From: Pseudomonadota bacterium | Lineage (GTDB): Bacteria; Bdellovibrionota_B; Oligoflexia; Oligoflexales; CAIMVM01 | Assembly: GCA_037142195.1 (NCBI GenBank) | Contig: JBAXBA010000086.1 | Location: 1-14,899 of the forward strand | DNA: 14,899 nucleotides | Direction of reading: 5' to 3' | Shown: piece after piece, positions 1 to 7,746 of the stretch | How positions within the stretch are numbered: the stretch's first letter is position 1 | How the letters are laid out: each line of letters begins with the position of its first letter | Translations under genes and position numbers: made by a program | The notes under the pieces: model-generated | What the model was told of the DNA's origin: nothing | The model's database searches: none | The model's input: only the letters and a program-made list of their open reading frames with translations

Positions 1-1
1 T

Positions 2-1192
2 TCTCAACTGGCGGTTTTTATCTATGCTAAAATTTTAGTAGCAGATCGACAGTATAAAAAGGCTCTGGTAGAGACCACCAAAGGGTTAGAACTAGATGAC
101 AACAATCCGGAATTCCTGGGCCTTCACGGCTATTGTCTTGAGGCAAACAACCAAACTTCAAAAGCTATATCAACTTTTGAAGAAATGTTCCGTCAAGCAA
201 GGCCGGATTCTGATGTGGCCAGAAAGCTAATGAATCTATATAGGGAAACTGACGGACTTCAAAGAGCCAATAGCCTTTTTGACAAACTATCGGCGACTAG
301 TAAAGAGCCAGTGCATTCCATCGAGATTCAAAGAGCTTACATTAAAGCAGAACTCGGAAAGCAAGACGAGGCGATTTTGGTGCTTCAGAATGCCAAGAAA
401 CATTTTCCAGAAAGTGATTTGATTCATTTACTTCTTGGTCTTAATTACTATTTCATTGGTAAAAAAGGTTTAGCCCTTGAGTCCTATCATCAAATACGGA
501 TCTCATCAAAATACTATTTGATGTCCATTGAATTGCAGATTGATGGCCTTGTAGAAGAAGGTGCGTTTCAAGAGATTATTAAATTGGTAGAAAGCCTTGA
601 TAAATCAGTAATTCCGACCTCCCGCATAAGTGCGGCCTATGCCTCAGCGTTTTCTCAGCTTGGTGATTCAGAGAGGTCTGTTGAAATTCTAGATGCTGCA
701 GCTAAGATAGATCCTGAAAATCCGCAACTTTACTTTCTAAAGGCAGTTTATTTAGAGAAATTAGGTGAAGTAGGTGACTGCGTTGATGCTTTGAGAGAAG
801 TGTTAAAGCTAGACGCAAATCATCATTCCGCTCTAAATTTTCTGGCCTTTCTGTTTGCTGATCGAGACGAAAATTTGGCGGAGGCTGAGTCTTTGATAAC
901 AAAGGCACTGACTTTGAAGCCTGATGACCCATTTTATCTGGATACTCTTGGGTGGGTTTATTTTAGATTAGGGAAATTTGAGGAAGCAGAAAAGATTTTG
1001 GCTCCTTTGATGGCGAAAGATTTGAGAGAAGCAGTCATTGCCGAGCACCTAGCAGAAGTGAAATGGAAAATGGGCAAAAAGGCGGAAGCGTTAGAGATCT
1101 ATGAAGCCGTGCAGCCCCATTTGAAAAATGATAAAGATGGTGAGCGGATCAAAAAGCGATATCTTGATTTAATCCGCGAGTCTAAGAAATGA
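2..1192 (+). CDS. Tetratricopeptide-repeat (TPR) protein, PA4667/LbcA-like; 5' end lies outside the window
   Basis: The frame is open from position 2 (SQLAVFIYAKILVADRQYKKAL...LELDDNNPEFLGLHGYCL) into the ORF called at 185, so 185 is an internal Met. Multiple TPR units are present. The C-terminal LNFLAFLFAD..ENLAEAESLITKALTLKPDDPFYLDTLGWVYFRLG...EHLAEV.WKMGKKAEA matches the family of periplasmic TPR proteins encoded upstream of lolB. Confidence 0.85.
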   Translation, partial: SQLAVFIYAKILVADRQYKKALVETTKGLELDDNNPEFLGLHGYCLEANNQTSKAISTFEEMFRQARPDSDVARKLMNLYRETDGLQRANSLFDKLSATSKEPVHSIEIQRAYIKAELGKQDEAILVLQNAKKHFPESDLIHLLLGLNYYFIGKKGLALESYHQIRISSKYYLMSIELQIDGLVEEGAFQEIIKLVESLDKSVIPTSRISAAYASAFSQLGDSERSVEILDAAAKIDPENPQLYFLKAVYLEKLGEVGDCVDALREVLKLDANHHSALNFLAFLFADRDENLAEAESLITKALTLKPDDPFYLDTLGWVYFRLGKFEEAEKILAPLMAKDLREAVIAEHLAEVKWKMGKKAEALEIYEAVQPHLKNDKDGERIKKRYLDLIRESKK

Positions 1193-1848
1193 CCCGACTT
1201 CGATGGTTACAGTCAATTTTTTTAATCGGTGGGTTGTCGGGCTGCGTCACGATGCCTAGCTTGCCTCCTCAAGAACGCGATTTGATTCTAAATAGATTTT
1301 CGTCTGACTGTCGAAGCTTAGAAGGAAGTCATGTTGTCAGTTTTTCGCAAGGCGCTAAGTTTATTTCATTAGATCTTGACTGGATCTCAAAGTCAGATGG
1401 TAGCTTCGTTGGAAATGTAATTGATCCTTTAGGACGCACAGTCGCAGAATGGACGATGAGCGGAGCTCAATTTTCATTTTCGACGAAAATTCCATCTCCG
1501 CTATCCATGCTTGGGGTAGATAGTAGCGGCTATTTGACTTTTGATCATCAAAGCTCCCTTATCAAGACTGGGGAGTTAGGCTGCTTACTTAAAGGGCTTG
1601 TGCCTTCAAGTTGGCTATTCTCGCCCAGGGGGAGTTCTTCAAGCTGGGAATCAAGTTATCGAGATAGCGAAAGAAAGATAGTTGTTAAAAATGAATCAAA
1701 AGATGTTTGCGGGTCGGTAAGCCCTAGCGGTATAATAGCATGGTTTGTAAAATCAATTCACTTTTGCACTCATTCTACTAGGGGACAGGTTTCATGGGGA
1801 GACCAATTTCGGCTCGAATGGAGATCTCTTGATGAGCCAGGTTCTTGA
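1189..1848 (+). CDS. Lipoprotein, LolB-like outer-membrane lipoprotein insertase candidate
   Basis: Signal peptide II with lipobox LSG-C. W-x14-PLG motif (WISKSDGSFVGNVIDPLG) has the same spacing as E. coli LolB W52...P67-L68-G69. LGCLLKGLVP resembles LolB LRQWILGLP. ATGA overlap with the TPR gene. Confidence 0.55.
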   Translation: MTRLRWLQSIFLIGGLSGCVTMPSLPPQERDLILNRFSSDCRSLEGSHVVSFSQGAKFISLDLDWISKSDGSFVGNVIDPLGRTVAEWTMSGAQFSFSTKIPSPLSMLGVDSSGYLTFDHQSSLIKTGELGCLLKGLVPSSWLFSPRGSSSSWESSYRDSERKIVVKNESKDVCGSVSPSGIIAWFVKSIHFCTHSTRGQVSWGDQFRLEWRSLDEPGS

Positions 1849-2284
1849 TTTTTTGAAATCGGAAGGAATATTGTCAGAGGTCTCTCTCGGTATTCTTTTA
1901 AATTATATGCAAAGGTATCAGAAGGACCCGTTTTTAGCTTTGCTTGACTGTCATGTTCTTGAGGAAGGGCTGTTAGCTGATCTCATTTCCAAAAAAATGG
2001 CAATTGACCGGATTTATAGCTTGGTGGATTACCGCATTGATATGCAAGCTTTGATGAAAATCCCTTGGGATCAGGCAGTGACCCACAACTGTGTGGCTAT
2101 AAGTTTTGCCTCAAGCAAGGGAGCCCTTGAAGTTGTTTTTTCAGATCCATCTAATAAAAGTACAGTAGAGCACATTCAGTCTTTGTTTGAATTCCAAGTT
2201 ATCCCTGTAGTTGCCGAGGCCGGTGCAATCCGATCCGTAATTTCGAAATATTATCCAATAGAAGTTCAATTGGGCTTTTCTTAG
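1832..2284 (+). CDS. Stand-alone type II secretion/type IV pilus ATPase N-terminal domain protein (GspE/PilB N-domain, degenerate MshEN-like)
   Basis: IDMQALMKIPWDQAVTHNCVAI...LEVVFSDPSN..TVEHIQSLFEFQVIPVVAEAGAIRSVISKYY is the T2SSE_N/PilB-N pattern, and no ATPase domain follows. ATG 1832 is preferred over TTG 1829 because of GGAG at 1820-1823. Overlaps the upstream gene. Confidence 0.7.
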   Translation: MSQVLDFLKSEGILSEVSLGILLNYMQRYQKDPFLALLDCHVLEEGLLADLISKKMAIDRIYSLVDYRIDMQALMKIPWDQAVTHNCVAISFASSKGALEVVFSDPSNKSTVEHIQSLFEFQVIPVVAEAGAIRSVISKYYPIEVQLGFS

Positions 2285-2301
2285 TTAGGAAAACATATTT
2301 C

Positions 2302-3378
2302 ATGGATAGAAATCTCAAAGTTGCACTAACTGGTGGAGGCACAGCTGGGCATGTGATGCCTCATTTGGCTCTCCTTCCTAGAATGAGGGAGCTTAATTGG
2401 GACATTACCTATATAGGCTCGAGTGGCATTGAAAAAGGACTAATCTTAAGTGCCGGTGTGCCATTTGTTTGCATTCGCTCCGGCAAACTTAGGCGTTATT
2501 TTTCATTAAAGAATTTTTTTGATCTATTTAATGTTTTTTGGGGTTTTCTTCAGGCACTTGCCGCCTTAGTTAAAAACAGACCTCATGTTGTCTTTAGCAA
2601 GGGTGGTTATGTTACGGTGCCGGTGGTTCTTGCTGCGTGGATACTTAGAATTCCCGTAGTTGCACATGAGTCCGATTATACGCCAGGTCTTGCTACTAAG
2701 ATTGCTGCTCGGTTCGCTAAGCGAGTACTTTTGACGTTTTCTGAAACTTCTAAATATCTTGCAGGTTATCGAACCGATTGGGTGGGGACACCTATTCGGG
2801 GGGAATTAGCCCAAGGCAGCGCGGAAAAAGGATGGGCTCTATGTGGCTTTTCTCAAAATGACCCGCGGCCCGTAATTTTGATTATGGGCGGGAGTCAAGG
2901 AGCTCAAAAGCTAAATCAGCTAGTTGGCAATTGCTATTCCATACTAATTAAAAATTTTCGAATAGTTCACCTAACTGGAAAAGGCAAAAATAATTTAGAC
3001 TTGGTTTCTAACGAACATTACAAGTCCTTTGAATTTCTCTCCACCGAGCTTTCAGACATATATGCAATCTCCAATTTCGTTATTGCGCGAGCTGGTGCTA
3101 ATTCGATTTTTGAATTTCTTTTTTTGAAGAAGCCGATGCTGCTCGTGCCTCTTGAAGAGGGCAGCAGGGGCGATCAGGTATTTAATGCAAATAGCTTTGC
3201 GGAAAAAGGCTGGGCGATGGTTTTACGAGAGAAAGAGCTGAATCAAACTGAATTTTTAGAGTCTCTCTCTCGTCTACGTGAAACCTCAGCCCAGATGGTC
3301 CAGGCTCAAGAAAATACAGCCCCAGATATGCGGCTAGAGAGAATTGTTGAAATTTTGTCAGAATCTGCCATAGGCTAG
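2302..3378 (+). CDS. murG: Undecaprenyl-PP-MurNAc-pentapeptide N-acetylglucosaminyltransferase MurG
   Basis: TGGGTAGH, SGKLRRY, KGGYV, HESD, GGSQGA, RAGAN and DQVFNA motifs; 358 aa; AGGA upstream of the start. Confidence 0.96.
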   Translation: MDRNLKVALTGGGTAGHVMPHLALLPRMRELNWDITYIGSSGIEKGLILSAGVPFVCIRSGKLRRYFSLKNFFDLFNVFWGFLQALAALVKNRPHVVFSKGGYVTVPVVLAAWILRIPVVAHESDYTPGLATKIAARFAKRVLLTFSETSKYLAGYRTDWVGTPIRGELAQGSAEKGWALCGFSQNDPRPVILIMGGSQGAQKLNQLVGNCYSILIKNFRIVHLTGKGKNNLDLVSNEHYKSFEFLSTELSDIYAISNFVIARAGANSIFEFLFLKKPMLLVPLEEGSRGDQVFNANSFAEKGWAMVLREKELNQTEFLESLSRLRETSAQMVQAQENTAPDMRLERIVEILSESAIG

Positions 3379-4020
3379 TTAAATTTCAAATGACATTTGC
3401 GTGAGAACAGCTGATTTTCCAGTACTAGAAATTGTTTTGGTAAGGCTGATCTTGCTAGGAAATGCCAACTGGAAAGTGGCGCCATAGGTGCGGTACAGCA
3501 GGTAAGAATTTTCGGCGCTATTTTCCAGAGGGTCCAAGTTCTGCAAGTGATTGCTGCTGAATTCCTGGCTGGCTGTAACTGATATGGGGCCTATTCCATA
3601 GCTTACAATAAGTTCGCCAGTCTTGGAGTCGACCGTGTATGCAGACCCAAAATAGCTTTTTGAATATTTGAGGCGGATCGCTGCGCTGGGAAGCATGGGC
3701 TGCTGATATACGGAGTACTGTCCCCAGCCACCTACTTGATGGGCCAAGATCGCCTCATTGGATGAAAAATGGAAGCCTACAGTAAAGGGCCAGTAGATGC
3801 CTTTAACAACACCAACATGTACCCACTTACCTTCAGAGTTCTGATAAGTGGGCTGCATGATGCCTAGATGGATTCCCAGGCCAGATGGGTTGGCGGCCCA
3901 AGCTCCTTCTGCTACTGGAATTCTGCCTTCTTCATTAAGATTTGAGTCCGATAGACTTTGCGCATAAGCTAAGGGAGTGATTGCAACTAAAGTAAGTATT
4001 ATGATAGGACCTAGGTTCAT
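3379..4020 (-). CDS. Hypothetical secreted protein, possibly an outer-membrane beta-barrel
   Basis: 213-aa ORF with a signal peptide ending in AYA-Q, GGAG 6 nt upstream of the ATG on the minus strand, and amphipathic aromatic-rich beta-like segments (IRLKYSKSYF, LIVSYGIGPISVTAS, YGATFQL, VLTQMSFEI at the C-terminus). Confidence 0.6.
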   Translation of the reverse strand: MNLGPIIILTLVAITPLAYAQSLSDSNLNEEGRIPVAEGAWAANPSGLGIHLGIMQPTYQNSEGKWVHVGVVKGIYWPFTVGFHFSSNEAILAHQVGGWGQYSVYQQPMLPSAAIRLKYSKSYFGSAYTVDSKTGELIVSYGIGPISVTASQEFSSNHLQNLDPLENSAENSYLLYRTYGATFQLAFPSKISLTKTISSTGKSAVLTQMSFEI

Positions 4021-4041
4021 TTGCTGCTCCAGAGGCTTTTT

Positions 4042-4626
4042 TTGGACATAATTCTTCTAGATCATTATGACAGCTTCAGTGCCAACATCCAAGATTGGCT
4101 AGAAAAAGTCGGATTTAACGTAGACGTTTTTGCCTACGACAATCCGATCATAAAAACAATTCCTTTGGATAGACCTGTCGTCATTGGTCCAGGCCCTAAA
4201 TCTCCCAACGATGCAGTTCCATCCATAGAGTTCTGTTTAAGGGCTAGGGAAAAAGTTTCCCTACTCGGGATCTGCCTAGGGCATCAAATCCTATCCCATA
4301 TAGCCGGTCTTTCCATCGCTAAATGTAGCAATCCTCATCATGGCTCAACACGAACGATTACTCCTAACCCAAATAGCATATTGCTAAATGGAATTAAGCG
4401 AGAGTTTAAAGCCGCAACTTATAATTCCTTGCAAGCGGTAGGATCCTTGCCTCCTAACTGGATGGTAAGTGCAGTCAATGAATTTGGAGAAATTGAGGGC
4501 ATAGAGTCACAGGTGCAAAATGGCATATTCGGTTTGCAGTTTCATCCCGAGTCTTTTTTATCAGAATTTGGTCATGAAATAGGCCTTAATTGGTTGCGAT
4601 TCTTAAAGTCGCGTGAAGGGCGTTAA
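4042..4626 (+). CDS. Class I glutamine amidotransferase, anthranilate/aminodeoxychorismate synthase component II (TrpG/PabA family)
   Basis: IILLDHYDSF, IGPGPKSP, LGICLGHQ (catalytic Cys) and GLQFHPES (His/Glu). The start is probably TTG 4042, with AGAGG at 4031-4035, rather than 4021. pabA and trpG cannot be distinguished from sequence alone. Confidence 0.88.
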   Translation: MDIILLDHYDSFSANIQDWLEKVGFNVDVFAYDNPIIKTIPLDRPVVIGPGPKSPNDAVPSIEFCLRAREKVSLLGICLGHQILSHIAGLSIAKCSNPHHGSTRTITPNPNSILLNGIKREFKAATYNSLQAVGSLPPNWMVSAVNEFGEIEGIESQVQNGIFGLQFHPESFLSEFGHEIGLNWLRFLKSREGR

Positions 4627-4816
4627 TTGCCAAGTGTTGATAGGCCTCAATTCCAATATTGTATCAACTCTTTGAGGCGCATTGAGAATGTTTAAGATAC
4701 TAATTTGAAAAAATGCTTGGGATTTTTTTCACAGTGAATGTCAATAAGTCTCCCAGGAGAATTTGGAATAATCCATTCATTTGCCTGTGCTAAGTAAGTT
4801 TTCATGATTTTATGGG

Positions 4817-5767
4817 TTAGTTTATTTCGGACTCTAGCATTTTTGCAGTTGAAGACGACCCGCTTCGTCTTATGGCAATTCCACCCTTGTTAATGCCTTC
4901 GAAGCATCTGACTAAAATTTCAGGCTCTTGTTTTGAGTTTGATATAAATTCCGCAATATTTTGTGCTAAAGACTCGATGCTTGTGGAGTCGTTCATGAGC
5001 AAAGCTTTGTGAGCTGGAATTTCTGCCTGGAAATGCCCTTCCTTCGACATATAAGACAACTTTAACGTGGCGCCCTGTGAGCCCTTTTCAAAAACCTGTG
5101 GGCAAGGACCAGCTACTTGCTCTTTTGATACGAGATGAATTGCGTTTGAAAAAAGATCTTCGGCTATTATTTTTTCAAGATCGTATGCTCTCACATTACC
5201 TCTAAAAATTTCAATTCTGGATCTGTGCCCATGAAATAGCCGCTGACAGCCACCGTCATGTTGGACGAGTCCATGGGTATATTGGAAAACCCCTTCGGCT
5301 GCAGAAACAGACTCTTCCCGGAGAGTTACACTTAATTCTGTTACATTGGGTGGAAGATAGGCAGCCATTTCCATTTCTAGAGCTTTCGCTAACTCTTCAG
5401 GTCGTGTGGAGCGGGCAGACAGAAAGTAGACCGCTGCCTTGGGGCACGTATAACCCCAGCTTTCGTGGCGAGTGGTTATCATCTTTAATTCGAGGCGCTC
5501 GCCGCGTTCGAGTATGGAAATTCCCTCATATTTTTGCGGCACCACTAAAGCATGATCCAAAGTTTCTTTTAAAACCTGCTTAAATTTGCGTTTTATTTTT
5601 CCGAAATCAAAGACAAAACCATTGCTATCAAGTTCCCCTGCAAGTTCGACGTCAACGTGCCAGGTAGCACCCAGTATGCCCAACTCGGGATCAAAAATGG
5701 CACAATCTAGGTGATCAATATCACGCACAAACATGCGGCCAGTTTTATAGTTTTTGATATTGTCCAT
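4817..5767 (-). CDS. Two-domain 6-pyruvoyl-tetrahydropterin/6-carboxytetrahydropterin synthase-like (QueD/PTPS, COG0720-type T-fold) protein
   Basis: N-domain with WHVDVELAGELDSNGFVFDFGKIK...LDH; C-domain with THGLVQHDGGCQRLFHGH (CxxxHGH metal/catalytic motif), TSIESLA and VRCFEG. The start is uncertain (TTG 5800, ATG 5767 or ATG 5734). Confidence 0.8.
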   Translation of the reverse strand: MDNIKNYKTGRMFVRDIDHLDCAIFDPELGILGATWHVDVELAGELDSNGFVFDFGKIKRKFKQVLKETLDHALVVPQKYEGISILERGERLELKMITTRHESWGYTCPKAAVYFLSARSTRPEELAKALEMEMAAYLPPNVTELSVTLREESVSAAEGVFQYTHGLVQHDGGCQRLFHGHRSRIEIFRGNVRAYDLEKIIAEDLFSNAIHLVSKEQVAGPCPQVFEKGSQGATLKLSYMSKEGHFQAEIPAHKALLMNDSTSIESLAQNIAEFISNSKQEPEILVRCFEGINKGGIAIRRSGSSSTAKMLESEIN

Positions 5768-5925
5768 AGGGCCGATCGATTCACCTTCAGAAATTGTCAA
5801 ACATCTGGTAATTGAGACCCTTATATCTAGAGTCTATATTGGTAGCTCTCTATACCTGGGTAGCTGCACAGAGTCAATGACCAGCCGTTTTAATGGTGTA
5901 ACCTGCTTAAATCATGGGGTAAATT

Positions 5926-7377
5926 ATGAAAAAAGAGAGAGAAGTCCGCGTTCGCATAGCTCCGTCTCCCACGGGAGATCCCCACGTCGGAACAGCCTAT
6001 ATAACTTTGTTTAACTATGTTTTTGCAAAAAAGATGGGCGGGACCTTTATTTTGCGCTTGGAAGATACGGACCAGGCAAGAGCAAAACCCGCCAGTGATA
6101 AGATGATAATGGAGAGCCTCAAATGGCTAGGATTAGAATGGGATGAAGGCCCAGACAGGGGAGGTCCCTATGCCCCCTATCGCCAAAGTGAGCGGATTGA
6201 CCTGCATCAAAAACATGCCAAGATGCTTGTTGCGTCTGGGAAGGCTTACTACTGTTTTTGCTCGACAGAGCGCCTCGAAGAAGTGCGCGCTAAGCAATCT
6301 GGTCAATTTACTGGTTATGACCGACACTGTCGGGAGCTAAAATCTGAAGAGGTGTCTAAGCGACTTTCCAGCGGAGAAGGGGCTGTCATTAGGCTTAAGA
6401 TGCCTATTGAAGGTGTTGTGGGATTTGATGACCTTCTGAGAGGTAGGATTGAAATCCCAGCTGAAAGGCTAGATGATACAGTGCTACTAAAGCGTGATGG
6501 ATTTCCTACTTACCATTTAGCGAATGTCGTGGATGATTATTTGATGAAGATAAGCCATGTGATTAGAGCCGAGGAATGGATTTCATCAGCTCCCAAGCAT
6601 GTCACACTCTATGATGCATTTGGTTGGGAGAAACCTGTTTTTTGCCATATGCCGCTCTTAAGAAACCCTGACGCTAATAAAACCAAAATTTCAAAAAGAA
6701 AGAGCCCTGTTTCCCTAAACTATTTTAGAAGAAAGGGCATCTTGCCCCAAGCTCTAGTTAATTTTTTAGGGCTTATGGGTTGGTCTTTTGGAGGCGATCA
6801 GGATATTTTTAGTGTGGAGCAGATGATCGAAAAGTTTGATCTAACTCAAATTCATCTTGGTGGACCGGTTTTTGATGTTGGAAAGCTAACATGGCTCAAT
6901 CACCAGTATCTTCAGAAGTTAACCAAGACAGAGTACATAGCACATTTGCGAAATGAAGTTTTTTCAGAAGAAGCACTAGGGGCCATTTTTCCTCTTCTTA
7001 GAGAAAGAGTGGAATGTTTTGAGCAATTTGTAGATAAGTCAAATTTCTTTTTCAGCGGGTCTTTAGACTATACAAACCTTGAATTGATCCCGAAAGGTAG
7101 AACTGCTGACGACATAAAAATGATGCTGAGTGGCTTACTAGAAAAATTAGATGAATTGTACACCTGGACTTCAAAAGATATTCATGAAGTCATGGACAAA
7201 CACATGGGCGAAATAGGTTTCAAAGCAAAGGACTATTTTATGCCTGTGAGATTAGCTGTTTCTGGAAGAAAGGACTCGCCGCCACTTGCCGAGTCTATGG
7301 AGGTTGTTGGAAGAGAAATCGTTAGACATCGCCTTCGGGAAGTATTGAAACATAAGTCTCTAAACACCGCTGTTTAG
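5926..7377 (+). CDS. gltX: Glutamate--tRNA ligase
   Basis: RVRIAPSPTGDPHVGT (HIGH), LRLEDTD, YRQSER, CFC...YDRHC, DGFPTYHLANVVDD, HVIRAEEW, KISKR (KMSKS), and a full C-terminal anticodon-binding domain (PVRLAVSG..DSPPL). Confidence 0.97.
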   Translation: MKKEREVRVRIAPSPTGDPHVGTAYITLFNYVFAKKMGGTFILRLEDTDQARAKPASDKMIMESLKWLGLEWDEGPDRGGPYAPYRQSERIDLHQKHAKMLVASGKAYYCFCSTERLEEVRAKQSGQFTGYDRHCRELKSEEVSKRLSSGEGAVIRLKMPIEGVVGFDDLLRGRIEIPAERLDDTVLLKRDGFPTYHLANVVDDYLMKISHVIRAEEWISSAPKHVTLYDAFGWEKPVFCHMPLLRNPDANKTKISKRKSPVSLNYFRRKGILPQALVNFLGLMGWSFGGDQDIFSVEQMIEKFDLTQIHLGGPVFDVGKLTWLNHQYLQKLTKTEYIAHLRNEVFSEEALGAIFPLLRERVECFEQFVDKSNFFFSGSLDYTNLELIPKGRTADDIKMMLSGLLEKLDELYTWTSKDIHEVMDKHMGEIGFKAKDYFMPVRLAVSGRKDSPPLAESMEVVGREIVRHRLREVLKHKSLNTAV

Positions 7378-7397
7378 TAAGGTTTTTAAAGCTATCA

Positions 7398-7425
7398 AAA
7401 GAATTTCGGTTGCATGAAATTCTTT
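7398..7425. terminator. Inverted repeat 3' of gltX, possible terminator or operator
   Basis: AAAGAATTTC (7398-7407) / GAAATTCTTT (7416-7425): a perfect 10-bp stem with an 8-nt loop, 20 nt after the gltX stop. AT-rich with no long U-tract. Confidence 0.35.
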
Positions 7426-7746
7426 AAAGTTAAAGCTATTTGTTCAGGTTTGTTGTGTAGTCTTAGCTGGAAAAGAAATGCCCATTTTACGGGGCCAGTT
7501 GGGTTGTTAAGTCAGCTAAATTGGTCCCTTTTTGATTTTAAGAAAGGACTTTCTGGCCGGAACTCCATCAGACCACTACAAATTGACGCATTTAAAATCT
7601 AAATTATTCTTTCCAAGGACTGGATTTATTTGGGCAAATAGCCAACTCGAAATCTCACCGCATTTCTAGTTGCGTAACGTATTTCAACTCTGATACTTCC
7701 AATCTGGATATTGCGCTTAAAATCGAGGTGAATGAGGAAAATTGAA

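Noticed and set aside
185..187. ATG 185 as the start of the TPR gene
   Set aside because: The frame is open and TPR-like back to the window edge, so the true start is upstream of the window.
4692..4805. 37-aa minus-strand ORF (MKTYLAQANEWIIPNSPGRLIDIHCEKNPKHFFKLVS) just after the QueD-like gene
   Set aside because: No clear RBS and no recognisable motif; too short to support without homology data.
5821..5860. Possible preQ1-I riboswitch upstream of the QueD-like gene (TAGAG...CTCTA stem on the minus strand)
   Set aside because: The loop lacks the conserved UUC-type element and there is no A-rich 3' tail (AAAAAACUA).
7414..7602. 62-aa ORF in the gltX-cytochrome gap
   Set aside because: No RBS, the start lies within an inverted repeat, and it has no recognisable features.
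7625..7680. GGGCAAA as the start of a c-di-GMP-I riboswitch
   Set aside because: No following GNRA-capped stem and no G(A)CGCAAAG element.
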